NCBI RefSeq assembly: GCF_036021035.1
Contig: NZ_CP107930.1
Span: forward strand, 4,526,006 to 4,550,005
DNA: 24,000 bases
From: Kineococcus sp. NBC_00420
GTDB lineage: Bacteria > Actinomycetota > Actinomycetes > Actinomycetales > Kineococcaceae
Direction of reading: 5' to 3'
Shown piece by piece: positions 16,000-23,191 of this stretch. Within the stretch, counting starts at the first letter, position 1. Every line of letters starts with the position of its first letter. Position numbers and translations under genes: made by a program. The notes under the pieces were generated by a model. The model ran no database searches and was not told the origin of the DNA. It was given only the letters and a program-made list of their open reading frames with translations.

Positions 16000-16970
16000 C
16001 CCCGGTCCGCAGGGTCCTCGAGGGAGTCGCTCGCCACCAGGTACGTCGGCCGGTTCTGCAGTTGCACGTAGAGCCGCCCGACGTACTCGCCGAGCACCCC
16101 GAGGCAGAGCAGCTGCAGCGTGCCGACCCCGGCGACGACGGCCAGCGTCGACGTCCACCCCGGCACGGTCGACCCGAGCGCGAACGACACCAGCGCGTAG
16201 AGCAGCAGCAGGAACGTCAGCAGCGCCCCGCCCAGGCCGAAGAACGACGCCAGGCGCAGCGGTGCCGTCGAGGACCCGGTGATGGCGTCCAGGGAGAGTC
16301 GCAGCATCCGCCCCAGCGGGTACTTGGTGCGCCCGGCGCCGCGGGCCTCGCGGACGTAGCCGACGGTGGTGGAGGCGAAGCCGAGGTCGGGGACGACGAG
16401 GCGCAGCACCCGGTGCGCCTCGGGCAGGCCCAGGACGGTGTCCACGACGACCCGGCTCGTGAAGCGGAAGTCCCCCGCCTGCGCGGGGGCCCGACCGCCG
16501 AGCGCGGAGACCAGGCGGTAGAAGGCGGCCGCCGTCAGCCTCTTGAGGACGGAGTCGACGGAGCGGTCCTCGCGCACGGCGTAGACGACGTCGTTCCCGG
16601 CGGCGGCGGCGAGCATCCGGGGGAGGACCTCCGGCGGGTCCTGCAGGTCGGCGTCCATGGTGAGCACCCCGCCGCGCCCGCGGGCCCGGGCCAGCCCCGC
16701 CGAGAGGGCCGCCTGGTGTCCGGCGTTGGCGCGCAGACGGACCACCCGCAGCTGCGGCCAGTCCCGGCGCAACCGGGCGAGGACGACGGGCGTCGGGTCC
16801 GAGCTGCCGTCGTCGACGACGAGCACCTCGTAGCCGCCGAGACCCTGTTCGAGCAGGCCGTCGAGCACGGGACGCAGCCGCTGCGCGAACGCGGGCAGCA
16901 CCTCGGCCTCGTCGAAGGCCGGCACCACCACGGACAGGGCGACGTCGGGGGGGCTCTCGGCGGTCGACAC
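15984..16970 (-). CDS. GT2 family glycosyltransferase, GtrB/DPM1-like polyprenyl-phosphate sugar transferase (328 aa)
   Basis: [14 protein letters not shown]...[10 protein letters not shown]...[11 protein letters not shown] gives the DxD and catalytic Asp motifs. Two C-terminal TM helices are present. The start GTG 16970 has GGGAGGA 7 nt upstream. The upstream 289 codons of tracked ORF 15984..17837 are a shadow of nadD. Confidence 0.85.
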   Translation of the reverse strand: MSTAESPPDVALSVVVPAFDEAEVLPAFAQRLRPVLDGLLEQGLGGYEVLVVDDGSSDPTPVVLARLRRDWPQLRVVRLRANAGHQAALSAGLARARGRGGVLTMDADLQDPPEVLPRMLAAAAGNDVVYAVREDRSVDSVLKRLTAAAFYRLVSALGGRAPAQAGDFRFTSRVVVDTVLGLPEAHRVLRLVVPDLGFASTTVGYVREARGAGRTKYPLGRMLRLSLDAITGSSTAPLRLASFFGLGGALLTFLLLLYALVSFALGSTVPGWTSTLAVVAGVGTLQLLCLGVLGEYVGRLYVQLQNRPTYLVASDSLEDPADRGQTRT

Positions 16971-17040
16971 GTGGGGATCCTCCCGCACACCCGCCCCGCG
17001 GTGCTCCGCGCGCCGTGACAGACTGACCACCGGCTCCACC

Positions 17041-17073
17041 GCACGACCCAGCACGCACCGATCAGCACGCACC
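17041..17073 (+). repeat. Short direct repeats in the GT2 / sORF-nadD divergent region
   Basis: CAGCACGCACC occurs at 17049-17059 and again at 17063-17073 (14-bp period). A degenerate third copy, GCACGACC, lies at 17041-17048. The repeats end 25 nt upstream of the sORF start. Confidence 0.4.
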
Positions 17074-17097
17074 AGCCCGCAAGCCAGGAGGACGACC

Positions 17098-17256
17098 ATG
17101 CTGCACGCGCTCGTCGCGCAGGCCAACCAGGCGACCGAAGAGGTCCACGGGAAGCTGCCCATGCCGCCCATCGCCTTCATGATCGTGGCGCTGTGCCTCC
17201 TCGCGATGATGCTCATCGTGACGCTGGCGTTCAAGAGCGTCGGGACCCGCCACTGA
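17098..17256 (+). CDS. Candidate 52-aa single-pass membrane protein (not in the ORF track)
   Basis: ATG 17098 is preceded by AGGAGG at 6-nt spacing. The translation is [52 protein letters not shown], with one clear TM helix. Third-position G/C is high. It ends 35 nt before the nadD ATG. The tracked 63-aa minus-strand ORF 17062..17253 is its antisense shadow. Confidence 0.45.
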   Translation: MLHALVAQANQATEEVHGKLPMPPIAFMIVALCLLAMMLIVTLAFKSVGTRH

Positions 17257-17291
17257 GCTCGTCGGCGGGTCGCCGGCCCCGGGTCGGGGTC

Positions 17292-17918
17292 ATGGGTGGC
17301 ACCTTCGACCCGATCCACCACGGGCACCTGGTGGCCGCCAGCGAGGTGGCCGCCCGCTTCGACCTGGACGAGGTCGTGTTCGTCCCCACGGGCAAGCCCT
17401 GGCAGAAGTCGCGCGTCGACATCGCCCCGGCCGAGCACCGCTACCTCATGACGGTGATCGCGACGGCGTCGAACCCGCGGTTCACGGTGTCGCGCATCGA
17501 CATCGACCGCGGCGGGTTCACGTACACGATCGACACGCTGCGTGAGCTGCGTGAGATCCGTCCTGAGGCCGACCTCTTCTTCATCACGGGCGCCGACGCC
17601 CTCGCGCAGATCCTGCAGTGGAAGGACGTCGCGGAGCTCTGGTCGCTGGCCCACTTCGTCGGCGTCAGCCGGCCGGGCCACCCCCTCAGCGACGACGGCC
17701 TGCCGCTGGACGGGGTCAGCCTGATGGAGGTCCCGGCGCTGTCGATCTCCTCCACGGACTGCCGCGATCGCGTCGCCGGCGGCCTCCCGGTCTGGTACCT
17801 CGTGCCCGACGGTGTCGTCCAGCACATCTCCAAGCACGGCCTGTACGCGGCCCCGGCGGAGGGTGCGGCGGTCGGCGCCCGGCAGGAGGCTCTCGCCGTG
17901 GGAGAATCAGCGGACTGA
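17292..17918 (+). CDS. nadD: Nicotinate-nucleotide adenylyltransferase (208 aa)
   Basis: The N-terminus [13 protein letters not shown] carries the (H/T)xGH motif, and the ISSTDCRDR motif is present. No ATG, GTG or TTG lies in frame between 17253 and 17292, so ATG 17292 is the likely start. Confidence 0.9.
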   Translation: MGGTFDPIHHGHLVAASEVAARFDLDEVVFVPTGKPWQKSRVDIAPAEHRYLMTVIATASNPRFTVSRIDIDRGGFTYTIDTLRELREIRPEADLFFITGADALAQILQWKDVAELWSLAHFVGVSRPGHPLSDDGLPLDGVSLMEVPALSISSTDCRDRVAGGLPVWYLVPDGVVQHISKHGLYAAPAEGAAVGARQEALAVGESAD

Positions 17919-17973
17919 CCGCTTCCCGGGCCTCGTGCCCGGCCGACACCTGCTCATGCAGGCGAGGAGTTCC

Positions 17974-18372
17974 GTGCCCGCAACCGATCGAGCCCTCGAG
18001 CTGGTGACCAGCGCCGCGGCCGCGGCGACGGACAAGCTCGCGACCGACGTCATCGCGCTCGACGTGTCCGACCAGCTCTTCATCACCGACGCCTTCCTGG
18101 TGGCCTCGGCTCCCAACGAACGCCAGGTGCGCGCCATCGCCGAGGCCATCGAGGAGAAGCTCCTCCCGATGGGCTCCAAGCCGGTGCGCCGCGAGGGCGA
18201 ACGCGAAGGCCGCTGGGTCCTCCTGGACTTCGTCGACCTCGTCGTGCACGTCCAGCACACCGAGGAGCGCGAGTACTACGCGCTCGAGCGGCTGTGGAAG
18301 GACTGCCCGGTCATCGAACTGGCGGCTACCGCGTCCACGGCGGCGTCCGCGCCGTCCGACAGTCAGGCGTGA
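17974..18372 (+). CDS. rsfS: Ribosome silencing factor RsfS (iojap family)
   Basis: DVIALDVSDQLFITDAFLVASAPNERQVRAIAEAIEEKL...WVLLDFVDLVVHVQH...REYYALERLW matches the iojap family. My preferred start is GTG 17974, after GAGGAG. That length matches what I recall of mycobacterial RsfS. An alternative start is ATG 17956. Confidence 0.85.
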   Translation: MPATDRALELVTSAAAAATDKLATDVIALDVSDQLFITDAFLVASAPNERQVRAIAEAIEEKLLPMGSKPVRREGEREGRWVLLDFVDLVVHVQHTEEREYYALERLWKDCPVIELAATASTAASAPSDSQA

Positions 18373-19001
18373 CGGCTTCCACCGTCGTCCTCTGGCGTCA
18401 CGGGCGCACCCCGTTCAACGCCGAGAACCGCTTCCAGGGCCAGCTCGACGTCCCCCTCGACGACGTCGGGCGGGCCCAGGCCGCCGCAGCGGCGGCTCAC
18501 CTCTGCACCCTGCCGATCGACGTGGTCGTCTCCAGCGACCTCGTCCGCGCGCTCGACACCGCCTCGGCCCTCACGTCCCGCACCGGGCACACCCTCACCC
18601 GTGACCCCGCCCTGCGCGAGGTCGACGCGGGGGAGTGGCAGGGCCTGGTCGGCGCCGAGATCGCGCGGAAGTGGCCGCAGGAGCACGCGGCCTGGCGTCG
18701 TGGCGACGACGTCGCGATGGGTGGGGGCGAGACCCGCACCCGGCTCGGTGAGCGCATCGCCGCCGCCGTCGAGGCGCACGCCGCCGCGGTCCCCGACGGG
18801 GGGACCCTGCTCGTCGCCTCGCACGGCGCGGCGTTGAAGGCGGGTGTGCTGCGCCTCCTCGACCTGCCGGTGACCGCGGGCAGCGCCTTCGCGGGCTTCC
18901 GCAACGCCCACTGGGCGGTGCTGCGCCGCCGTTCCCGGGAGTGGGTCCTGGAGGAGTACAACGCCGGCCCGCCCGGCGCTGCGGTGGGCGCCGAGGGCTG
19001 A
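18369..19001 (+). CDS. Histidine phosphatase family protein (GpgP/GpmB-like, 210 aa)
   Basis: VVLWRHGRTPFN is the RHG motif and LVASHGAALKA carries the second catalytic His. GTG 18369 overlaps the rsfS stop (GTGA). Its position after nadD-rsfS matches that of mycobacterial glucosyl-3-phosphoglycerate phosphatase, but substrate cannot be read from sequence. Confidence 0.85.
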   Translation: MTASTVVLWRHGRTPFNAENRFQGQLDVPLDDVGRAQAAAAAAHLCTLPIDVVVSSDLVRALDTASALTSRTGHTLTRDPALREVDAGEWQGLVGAEIARKWPQEHAAWRRGDDVAMGGGETRTRLGERIAAAVEAHAAAVPDGGTLLVASHGAALKAGVLRLLDLPVTAGSAFAGFRNAHWAVLRRRSREWVLEEYNAGPPGAAVGAEG

Positions 19002-19010
19002 CGCCGCGCC

Positions 19011-19034
19011 CCGGGGTGGTTCGGACCACCCCGG
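19011..19034 (+). terminator. Stem-loop after the phosphatase gene
   Basis: A 10-bp perfect stem, CCGGGGTGGT / ACCACCCCGG, with loop TCGG. It lies 10 nt after the stop at 19001. Confidence 0.5.
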
Positions 19035-19087
19035 CCGGTGCGGTAGTGTTGTCCTCGTTGCCGGGGGAAACCCTGAGTGACGAAAGC

Positions 19088-19162
<75 letters not shown>

Positions 19163-19165
19163 GCA

Positions 19166-19201
19166 GACGGAAGGCCCGGACGAGAGTCCGGGCCTTCCGT
19201 C
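19166..19201. terminator. Bidirectional terminator between tRNA-Ala and the convergent minus-strand gene
   Basis: A 16-bp perfect stem, GACGGAAGGCCCGGAC / GTCCGGGCCTTCCGTC, with loop GAGA. It lies 6 nt after the tRNA and 12 nt past the minus-strand stop at 19214. Confidence 0.65.
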
Positions 19202-19213
19202 GTTCCCGGGACT

Positions 19214-20005
19214 TCACCACCTGCGATCCAGGCCGGCCAGCACGTCGTCCAGCACCGGGACGAGAGCACGCTCCGAGCCCCACGTCCCCGGTTGCCCGCT
19301 GCGCACGGCAGCGGCCAGCACGACGCGACGCCGGTCCCGGCGCGCGGTGCCGACGGCGACGACGGAGCCGTAGCGCGCGGTGGCGGTGCTCCCGCTGAAC
19401 TCCCACCCGCCGGCGAGGCGGGCCGTGGGGAACAGCCCGCTGAGCACACCCCGGCTGCCGGGCGGGAGGACGCCGCCGAGGAGCAGCACCGCGTGGTCGA
19501 GAGCCAGGGCCGTGACCGTGGTCGTGTCGCGCGGGTCCCAGGGGTCACCGCCGCAGGAGGCCGGGGCGACCCGGTCCAGCCTCGTCCACTCGTCGCCGAG
19601 CTCCCGGCAGAACCCGGTGAGGGCCGCGGGCCCGCCGACGTGGCGCACGAGCAGGTTCGTGGCCGTCGCGTCGCCGCGACGCAGGGCCGCGTCGCCGAGA
19701 CGGGCCAGGGACAACCCCTGCTGCAGGTGCCAGGCGCAGACGGGGGAGGAGCGCACGACGTCACCGCGGGTGAAGCGGACGACGCGGGTGAGCTCGTCCA
19801 CACCGCGCTCGCGCAGGAGGAGGCCGAGGGCGAGACCGGCGGAGAGGGTCAGCACGGGGCAGGGGCGTTCGGCGCGGTGCTCGAGGCGACGCCCGGTCAG
19901 CAGGTCGGTGGCGCTGAGGGAGACGTCATCGGGTCGCGGTCCGGCGGGGGCGGCGAGGAGGCCCAGGACGCCGGCCGTGACGGCACCTCGTCGGGACACG
20001 TCCAC
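19214..20005 (-). CDS. Secreted class A beta-lactamase-fold protein with all catalytic residues substituted (pseudoenzyme)
   Basis: Hand alignment to TEM-type landmarks shows conserved scaffold motifs: RSSPV (YSPV), ATNLL..HVGGPAALTGFCRELGDEWTRLDR and PRDTTT. The catalytic positions differ: STFK becomes LTLS, SDN becomes GDA, EPELN becomes APASC, and KSG becomes FSG. A Tat-like signal SRRGAVTAGVLGLLAAPAG is present. My preferred start is GTG 20005, with AGGAGG 6 nt upstream. The longest-ORF start is GTG 20035. Confidence 0.7.
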   Translation of the reverse strand: MDVSRRGAVTAGVLGLLAAPAGPRPDDVSLSATDLLTGRRLEHRAERPCPVLTLSAGLALGLLLRERGVDELTRVVRFTRGDVVRSSPVCAWHLQQGLSLARLGDAALRRGDATATNLLVRHVGGPAALTGFCRELGDEWTRLDRVAPASCGGDPWDPRDTTTVTALALDHAVLLLGGVLPPGSRGVLSGLFPTARLAGGWEFSGSTATARYGSVVAVGTARRDRRRVVLAAAVRSGQPGTWGSERALVPVLDDVLAGLDRRW

Positions 20006-20111
20006 GATGCGCCTCCTCGTCGCCGGGCTCGTCACCAGCGTGCGCCGATCCGCCCGCCCGCGCCAGAGGCCGGACGTGCGGGGCGGTGCGCGGTGGGTCC
20101 GAGGACGACGA

Positions 20112-20147
20112 CGGCCCGGGTCCTCGACGAGGTCGAGGCCCGGGCCG
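20112..20147 (-). terminator. Stem-loop downstream of the LLM oxidoreductase gene
   Basis: CGGCCCGGG(T)CCTCGAC - GAG - GTCGAGGCCCGGGCCG forms a 16-bp stem with one bulged T. It lies 19-54 nt past the minus-strand stop at 20166. Confidence 0.45.
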
Positions 20148-20165
20148 CGGTCGTGCGGGAGGAGG

Positions 20166-21203
20166 TCAGGACGCGCGCGTCCACCCCAGGGCAGGGGCCA
20201 CGTGCTCGACGATCGAGCTCATGAGGTGGGCGTTGTAGTCGACCCCGAGGGCGTTCGGGATCGTCACCAGCAGGGTGTCGGCCTCCTGGACGGCCACGTC
20301 CTTGGCCAGGTCCTCCGCGACCTGGTCCGGGTCCCCGGCGTAGGTCCGCCCGAAGCGGGCGAGGCCGGGTTCGCCGAGCGAACCGACCTGGTCGGTGGAG
20401 TGCCGGTCGCGGCCGAAGTAGGCCTCGTCGAGGTCGTTGACGATCGGCATCACGCTGCGCGACACCGAGACCCGCGGCTCGCGCGAGTGACCGGAGTCCT
20501 TCCAGACCTGGCGGTACAGGGCGATCTGCTCGGCCTGCAGCTCGTCGAAGGGGATGCCCGTGTCCTCGGTGAGCAGGGTCGAGCTCATGAGGTTCAGGCC
20601 CTGCTCGGCCGTCCAGCGCGCGGTCTCGCGCGAGCCGGAGCCCCACCAGATCCGGTCGGAGAGGCCCGGGGCCTGGGGGAGGACCGGCAGCGCTCGCGAA
20701 CTGCCCGTCATCCGCGGGTTCGCCTCGGCGACCTTGCCGCCGGCGATGGCGTGGCGGAAGACGTCGAGGTGACGCCGGGCCATGTCGCCCTCGGTCTCAC
20801 CCTCGGCCGGGACGTGGCCGAACGTCGCGGGACCGTGCAGGGCGGGCTCGGGTGAACCACGGCTCACGCCGAGCTGCAGCCGGCCGTCGGAGATGAGGTC
20901 GGTCATCGCCGCCTCCTCCGCCATGTAGAGCGGGTTCTCGTAGCGCATGTCGATGACGCCGGTGCCGAGCTCGATGCGGCTCGTGCGCGCGGCCATCGCG
21001 GCGAGGACCGGGAAGGGGGCCGCCTGCTGACGCGCGAAGTGGTGGACGCGGACGTAGGCGCCGTCGAAGCCGAGTTCCTCGGCCGCCACCGCCAGTTCCA
21101 CCGTCTGCACGAGGGCGTCGCGGGCGGTGCGGGCCGCCGACCCGGCGACGGGTTGGTAGTGCCCGAAGGAGAGGAACCCGATGCGTTTCGCGGACCTGTT
21201 CAC
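20166..21203 (-). CDS. Luciferase-like (LLM class) flavin/F420-dependent oxidoreductase (345 aa)
   Basis: IGFLSFGHYQP...AEELGFDGAYVRVHHF...RIELGTGVIDMRYENPL...LQLGVSRG fits the bacterial luciferase TIM-barrel pattern. The start GTG 21203 has no obvious SD. Confidence 0.85.
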   Translation of the reverse strand: MNRSAKRIGFLSFGHYQPVAGSAARTARDALVQTVELAVAAEELGFDGAYVRVHHFARQQAAPFPVLAAMAARTSRIELGTGVIDMRYENPLYMAEEAAMTDLISDGRLQLGVSRGSPEPALHGPATFGHVPAEGETEGDMARRHLDVFRHAIAGGKVAEANPRMTGSSRALPVLPQAPGLSDRIWWGSGSRETARWTAEQGLNLMSSTLLTEDTGIPFDELQAEQIALYRQVWKDSGHSREPRVSVSRSVMPIVNDLDEAYFGRDRHSTDQVGSLGEPGLARFGRTYAGDPDQVAEDLAKDVAVQEADTLLVTIPNALGVDYNAHLMSSIVEHVAPALGWTRAS

Positions 21204-21232
21204 ACTGTCATTGAACCATCAACATCCTCGGT

Positions 21233-22078
21233 GTGTTCCAGGATGGGGTCGTGCTCTCCAAAGACACCCAGGTGTGCCTCTCCCTGTCCGGCCGGCCCAG
21301 CAACCTCGGGACCCGGTTCCACAACTTCCTCTACGCCGAGCTCGGGCTCGACTTCGTCTACAAGGCGTTCACGACGACCGACCTGCCCGCCGCGATCGGC
21401 GGCCTCCGCGCCCTCGGCATCCGCGGTGCCGGGATCTCGATGCCCTTCAAGGAGGCCGTCATCCCGCTCGTCGACGCCCTCGACCCCTCCGCGGCCGCCA
21501 TCGACTCGGTCAACACCATCGTCAACACCCCGATCGACGGGGTGGCCCACCTCGTCGCCCACAACACCGACTACCTCGCCGTCGCCGGCCTCCTCGCCAC
21601 CCACGGCATCGTCCCCAGCGGCCCCGCCGCCGTCCTCGGCAGCGGCGGGATGGCCAAGGCCTCGCTCGCCGCCCTGCGCGACAACGGCTTCGACGACCTC
21701 GTCGTCGTCGCCCGCAACCCCCAGGCCGGCCCGGCGCTCGCCGCGGCCCACGGCGCGCGCTGGGTGCCCGACCTCGGGGAGCACCGCCCGACCCTGCTGC
21801 TGAACGCCACCCCCGTCGGGATGGCCGGTGGCTCCGCCGCCGCGGACCTCCCCGTGCCGCGGGCCGCCGTCGAGGCCGCCGACGCCGTCTTCGAGGTCGT
21901 CGCCGTCCCCGAGGACACCCCCTTCGTCCGCCTCGGTCGTGAGCTGGGCAAGCAGGTCGTCACCGGGACCGAGGTGGCCGCCCTGCAGGCCGCGGAGCAG
22001 TTCGTCCTCTACACCGGCGTTCGCCCGGACGAGGACCAGGTGCGCCGGGCGGGTGAGTTCTCGCGCGCCACGGCCTGA
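21233..22078 (+). CDS. Shikimate dehydrogenase family protein (AroE paralogue)
   Basis: SLSGRPSNLGTRFHNFLY..., ISMPFK (catalytic Lys), HNTDY (catalytic Asp) and the GSGGMAKAS dinucleotide loop are all present. The start is GTG 21233, or GTG 21251 (MLSKDTQVCLSL...). Confidence 0.8.
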   Translation: MFQDGVVLSKDTQVCLSLSGRPSNLGTRFHNFLYAELGLDFVYKAFTTTDLPAAIGGLRALGIRGAGISMPFKEAVIPLVDALDPSAAAIDSVNTIVNTPIDGVAHLVAHNTDYLAVAGLLATHGIVPSGPAAVLGSGGMAKASLAALRDNGFDDLVVVARNPQAGPALAAAHGARWVPDLGEHRPTLLLNATPVGMAGGSAAADLPVPRAAVEAADAVFEVVAVPEDTPFVRLGRELGKQVVTGTEVAALQAAEQFVLYTGVRPDEDQVRRAGEFSRATA

Positions 22079-22118
22079 GACGGGCGGTCCACCCGGATCG
22101 CCGCGTCACGATGCACGG

Positions 22119-23057
22119 ATGCGCTCGTCACCCTCTCGCCCCATCCAGCCGACACCTCCGCGTGCCGACGTCACCAGGGTGAACAGCACCCCCGGATCCT
22201 CCGAGCCCTCGGTCCGTCCGGCGCGCGCCAGCAGCAGCCCCGCCGGCCGCACGTGGACCACCGCTCTCGTCGCCGTGCCCGTGGCGGGGGTCCTCGCGAC
22301 CGCCGTCACGGCCACCGTGGCCCCGGTGACCACCACCCTCCTCGTCGCCCTCGGCTGCGCCCTGGCGCTCGCGGGGATCCTCGCCGCGGCTCTCGCGGTC
22401 GCGCACCGGGCGCACCGGGAGGCCGAGCGAGCCGCCGACTCGCTGGTGTCCGCCCTCGAGCACGCCCGGGACGAGAACGTCAACGACGTGGTCACGGGGC
22501 TGCTCAACCGTCGGGGGCTGATGCTCATCGGCAACCAGGTGCTGGAGTCGGCCCGCCGCTCCGGGGGCGCCGTGCACGCCTGCATCATCGAGGTCACCCC
22601 CGGTGTGCAGGTCGGTGGCCTCGTGCGCAGCGCCGACGAGCAGCGCCGGCAGCAGGAGGCCGAGTGGGCCGCCGCGGCCGGTTCGCTGCGGGCCGCGACC
22701 CGCACCTCCGACGTCGTCGCCCGCGTGGACGAGGGCCGCTTCATCGTCCTGGGACCCGGGGCCGGGCTGCACGCCCAGGAGCTGGAACGGCGGATGCGCG
22801 TCGGGTTGGCGCAGGAGCGGCTGCAGGTCGCCGCAGCCCTCGACCCGGCCGCGACCGCCGGCGGGGCGCCCAGTGCGCGGCTGTCCGTCGAGGCCGGCGC
22901 GGCCGTGCTGGCGCCCTGGGACGAGGGTGGCGTCACCGACCTGCTGGTGCGCGCCGAGCAGGCCCTGGCCCAGCGTCGCGCGTTGCGTCGCAGCACCCCG
23001 CAGCACGGCTGGGGTCGACGTCGCGCCGACCGCTCGGCCCGTCCGGAACGCTCGTGA
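22119..23057 (+). CDS. Membrane-anchored GGDEF-like domain protein with a degenerate active site and a retained RxxD I-site (~312 aa)
   Basis: Two TM helices are present (ALVAVPVAGVLATAV..., LLVALGCALALAGILAAALAV). The domain begins DVVTGLLNRRGL. Where GG(D/E)EF is expected, the sequence reads RTSDVVARVDEGRF. So RxxD sits at the canonical offset, but GGEEF is replaced by DEGRF. The metal-binding DxD region reads IIEV. The start ATG 22119 is uncertain, and the upstream part of tracked ORF 21828..23057 overlaps the AroE-like gene. Confidence 0.7.
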   Translation: MRSSPSRPIQPTPPRADVTRVNSTPGSSEPSVRPARASSSPAGRTWTTALVAVPVAGVLATAVTATVAPVTTTLLVALGCALALAGILAAALAVAHRAHREAERAADSLVSALEHARDENVNDVVTGLLNRRGLMLIGNQVLESARRSGGAVHACIIEVTPGVQVGGLVRSADEQRRQQEAEWAAAAGSLRAATRTSDVVARVDEGRFIVLGPGAGLHAQELERRMRVGLAQERLQVAAALDPAATAGGAPSARLSVEAGAAVLAPWDEGGVTDLLVRAEQALAQRRALRRSTPQHGWGRRRADRSARPERS

Positions 23058-23145
23058 GTCCGACGGAGTAGGCTGTCGGTCGTGTCTTCCCGCCGACTTG
23101 CCAGCCGGCGCTGAGCTGCTGCGACCTCGCAGGTGCCGGCGCCGT

Positions 23146-23167
23146 GACCCCTCCTGAGTGAGGGGTC
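23146..23167 (+). terminator. Stem-loop between the GGDEF-like gene and leuS (terminator or leuS leader element)
   Basis: GACCCCTC / GAGGGGTC forms an 8-bp perfect stem with loop CTGAGT, followed by TTCC. It lies 89 nt after the stop at 23057 and 25 nt before the leuS start. Confidence 0.3.
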
Positions 23168-23191
23168 TTCCGCTGTCCGCAGGAGGTTCAG

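Noticed and set aside
17062-17253. A tracked 63-aa minus-strand ORF between the GT2 gene and nadD.
   Set aside because: It has no SD and a His/Asp/Glu/Arg-rich odd composition. It is the exact antisense of the plus-strand 52-aa membrane sORF, which has AGGAGG-6 nt-ATG and a clean TM helix.
23058-23191. A T-box or other riboswitch leader upstream of leuS.
   Set aside because: Several short hairpins are present: CTGCG/CGCAG at about 23119-23134, CGGCGC/GCGCCG flanking it, and GACCCCTC/GAGGGGTC at 23146-23167. There is no T-box consensus (the AGGGTGGTACCGCG-like box), no specifier-loop architecture, and the region is only about 130 nt long.
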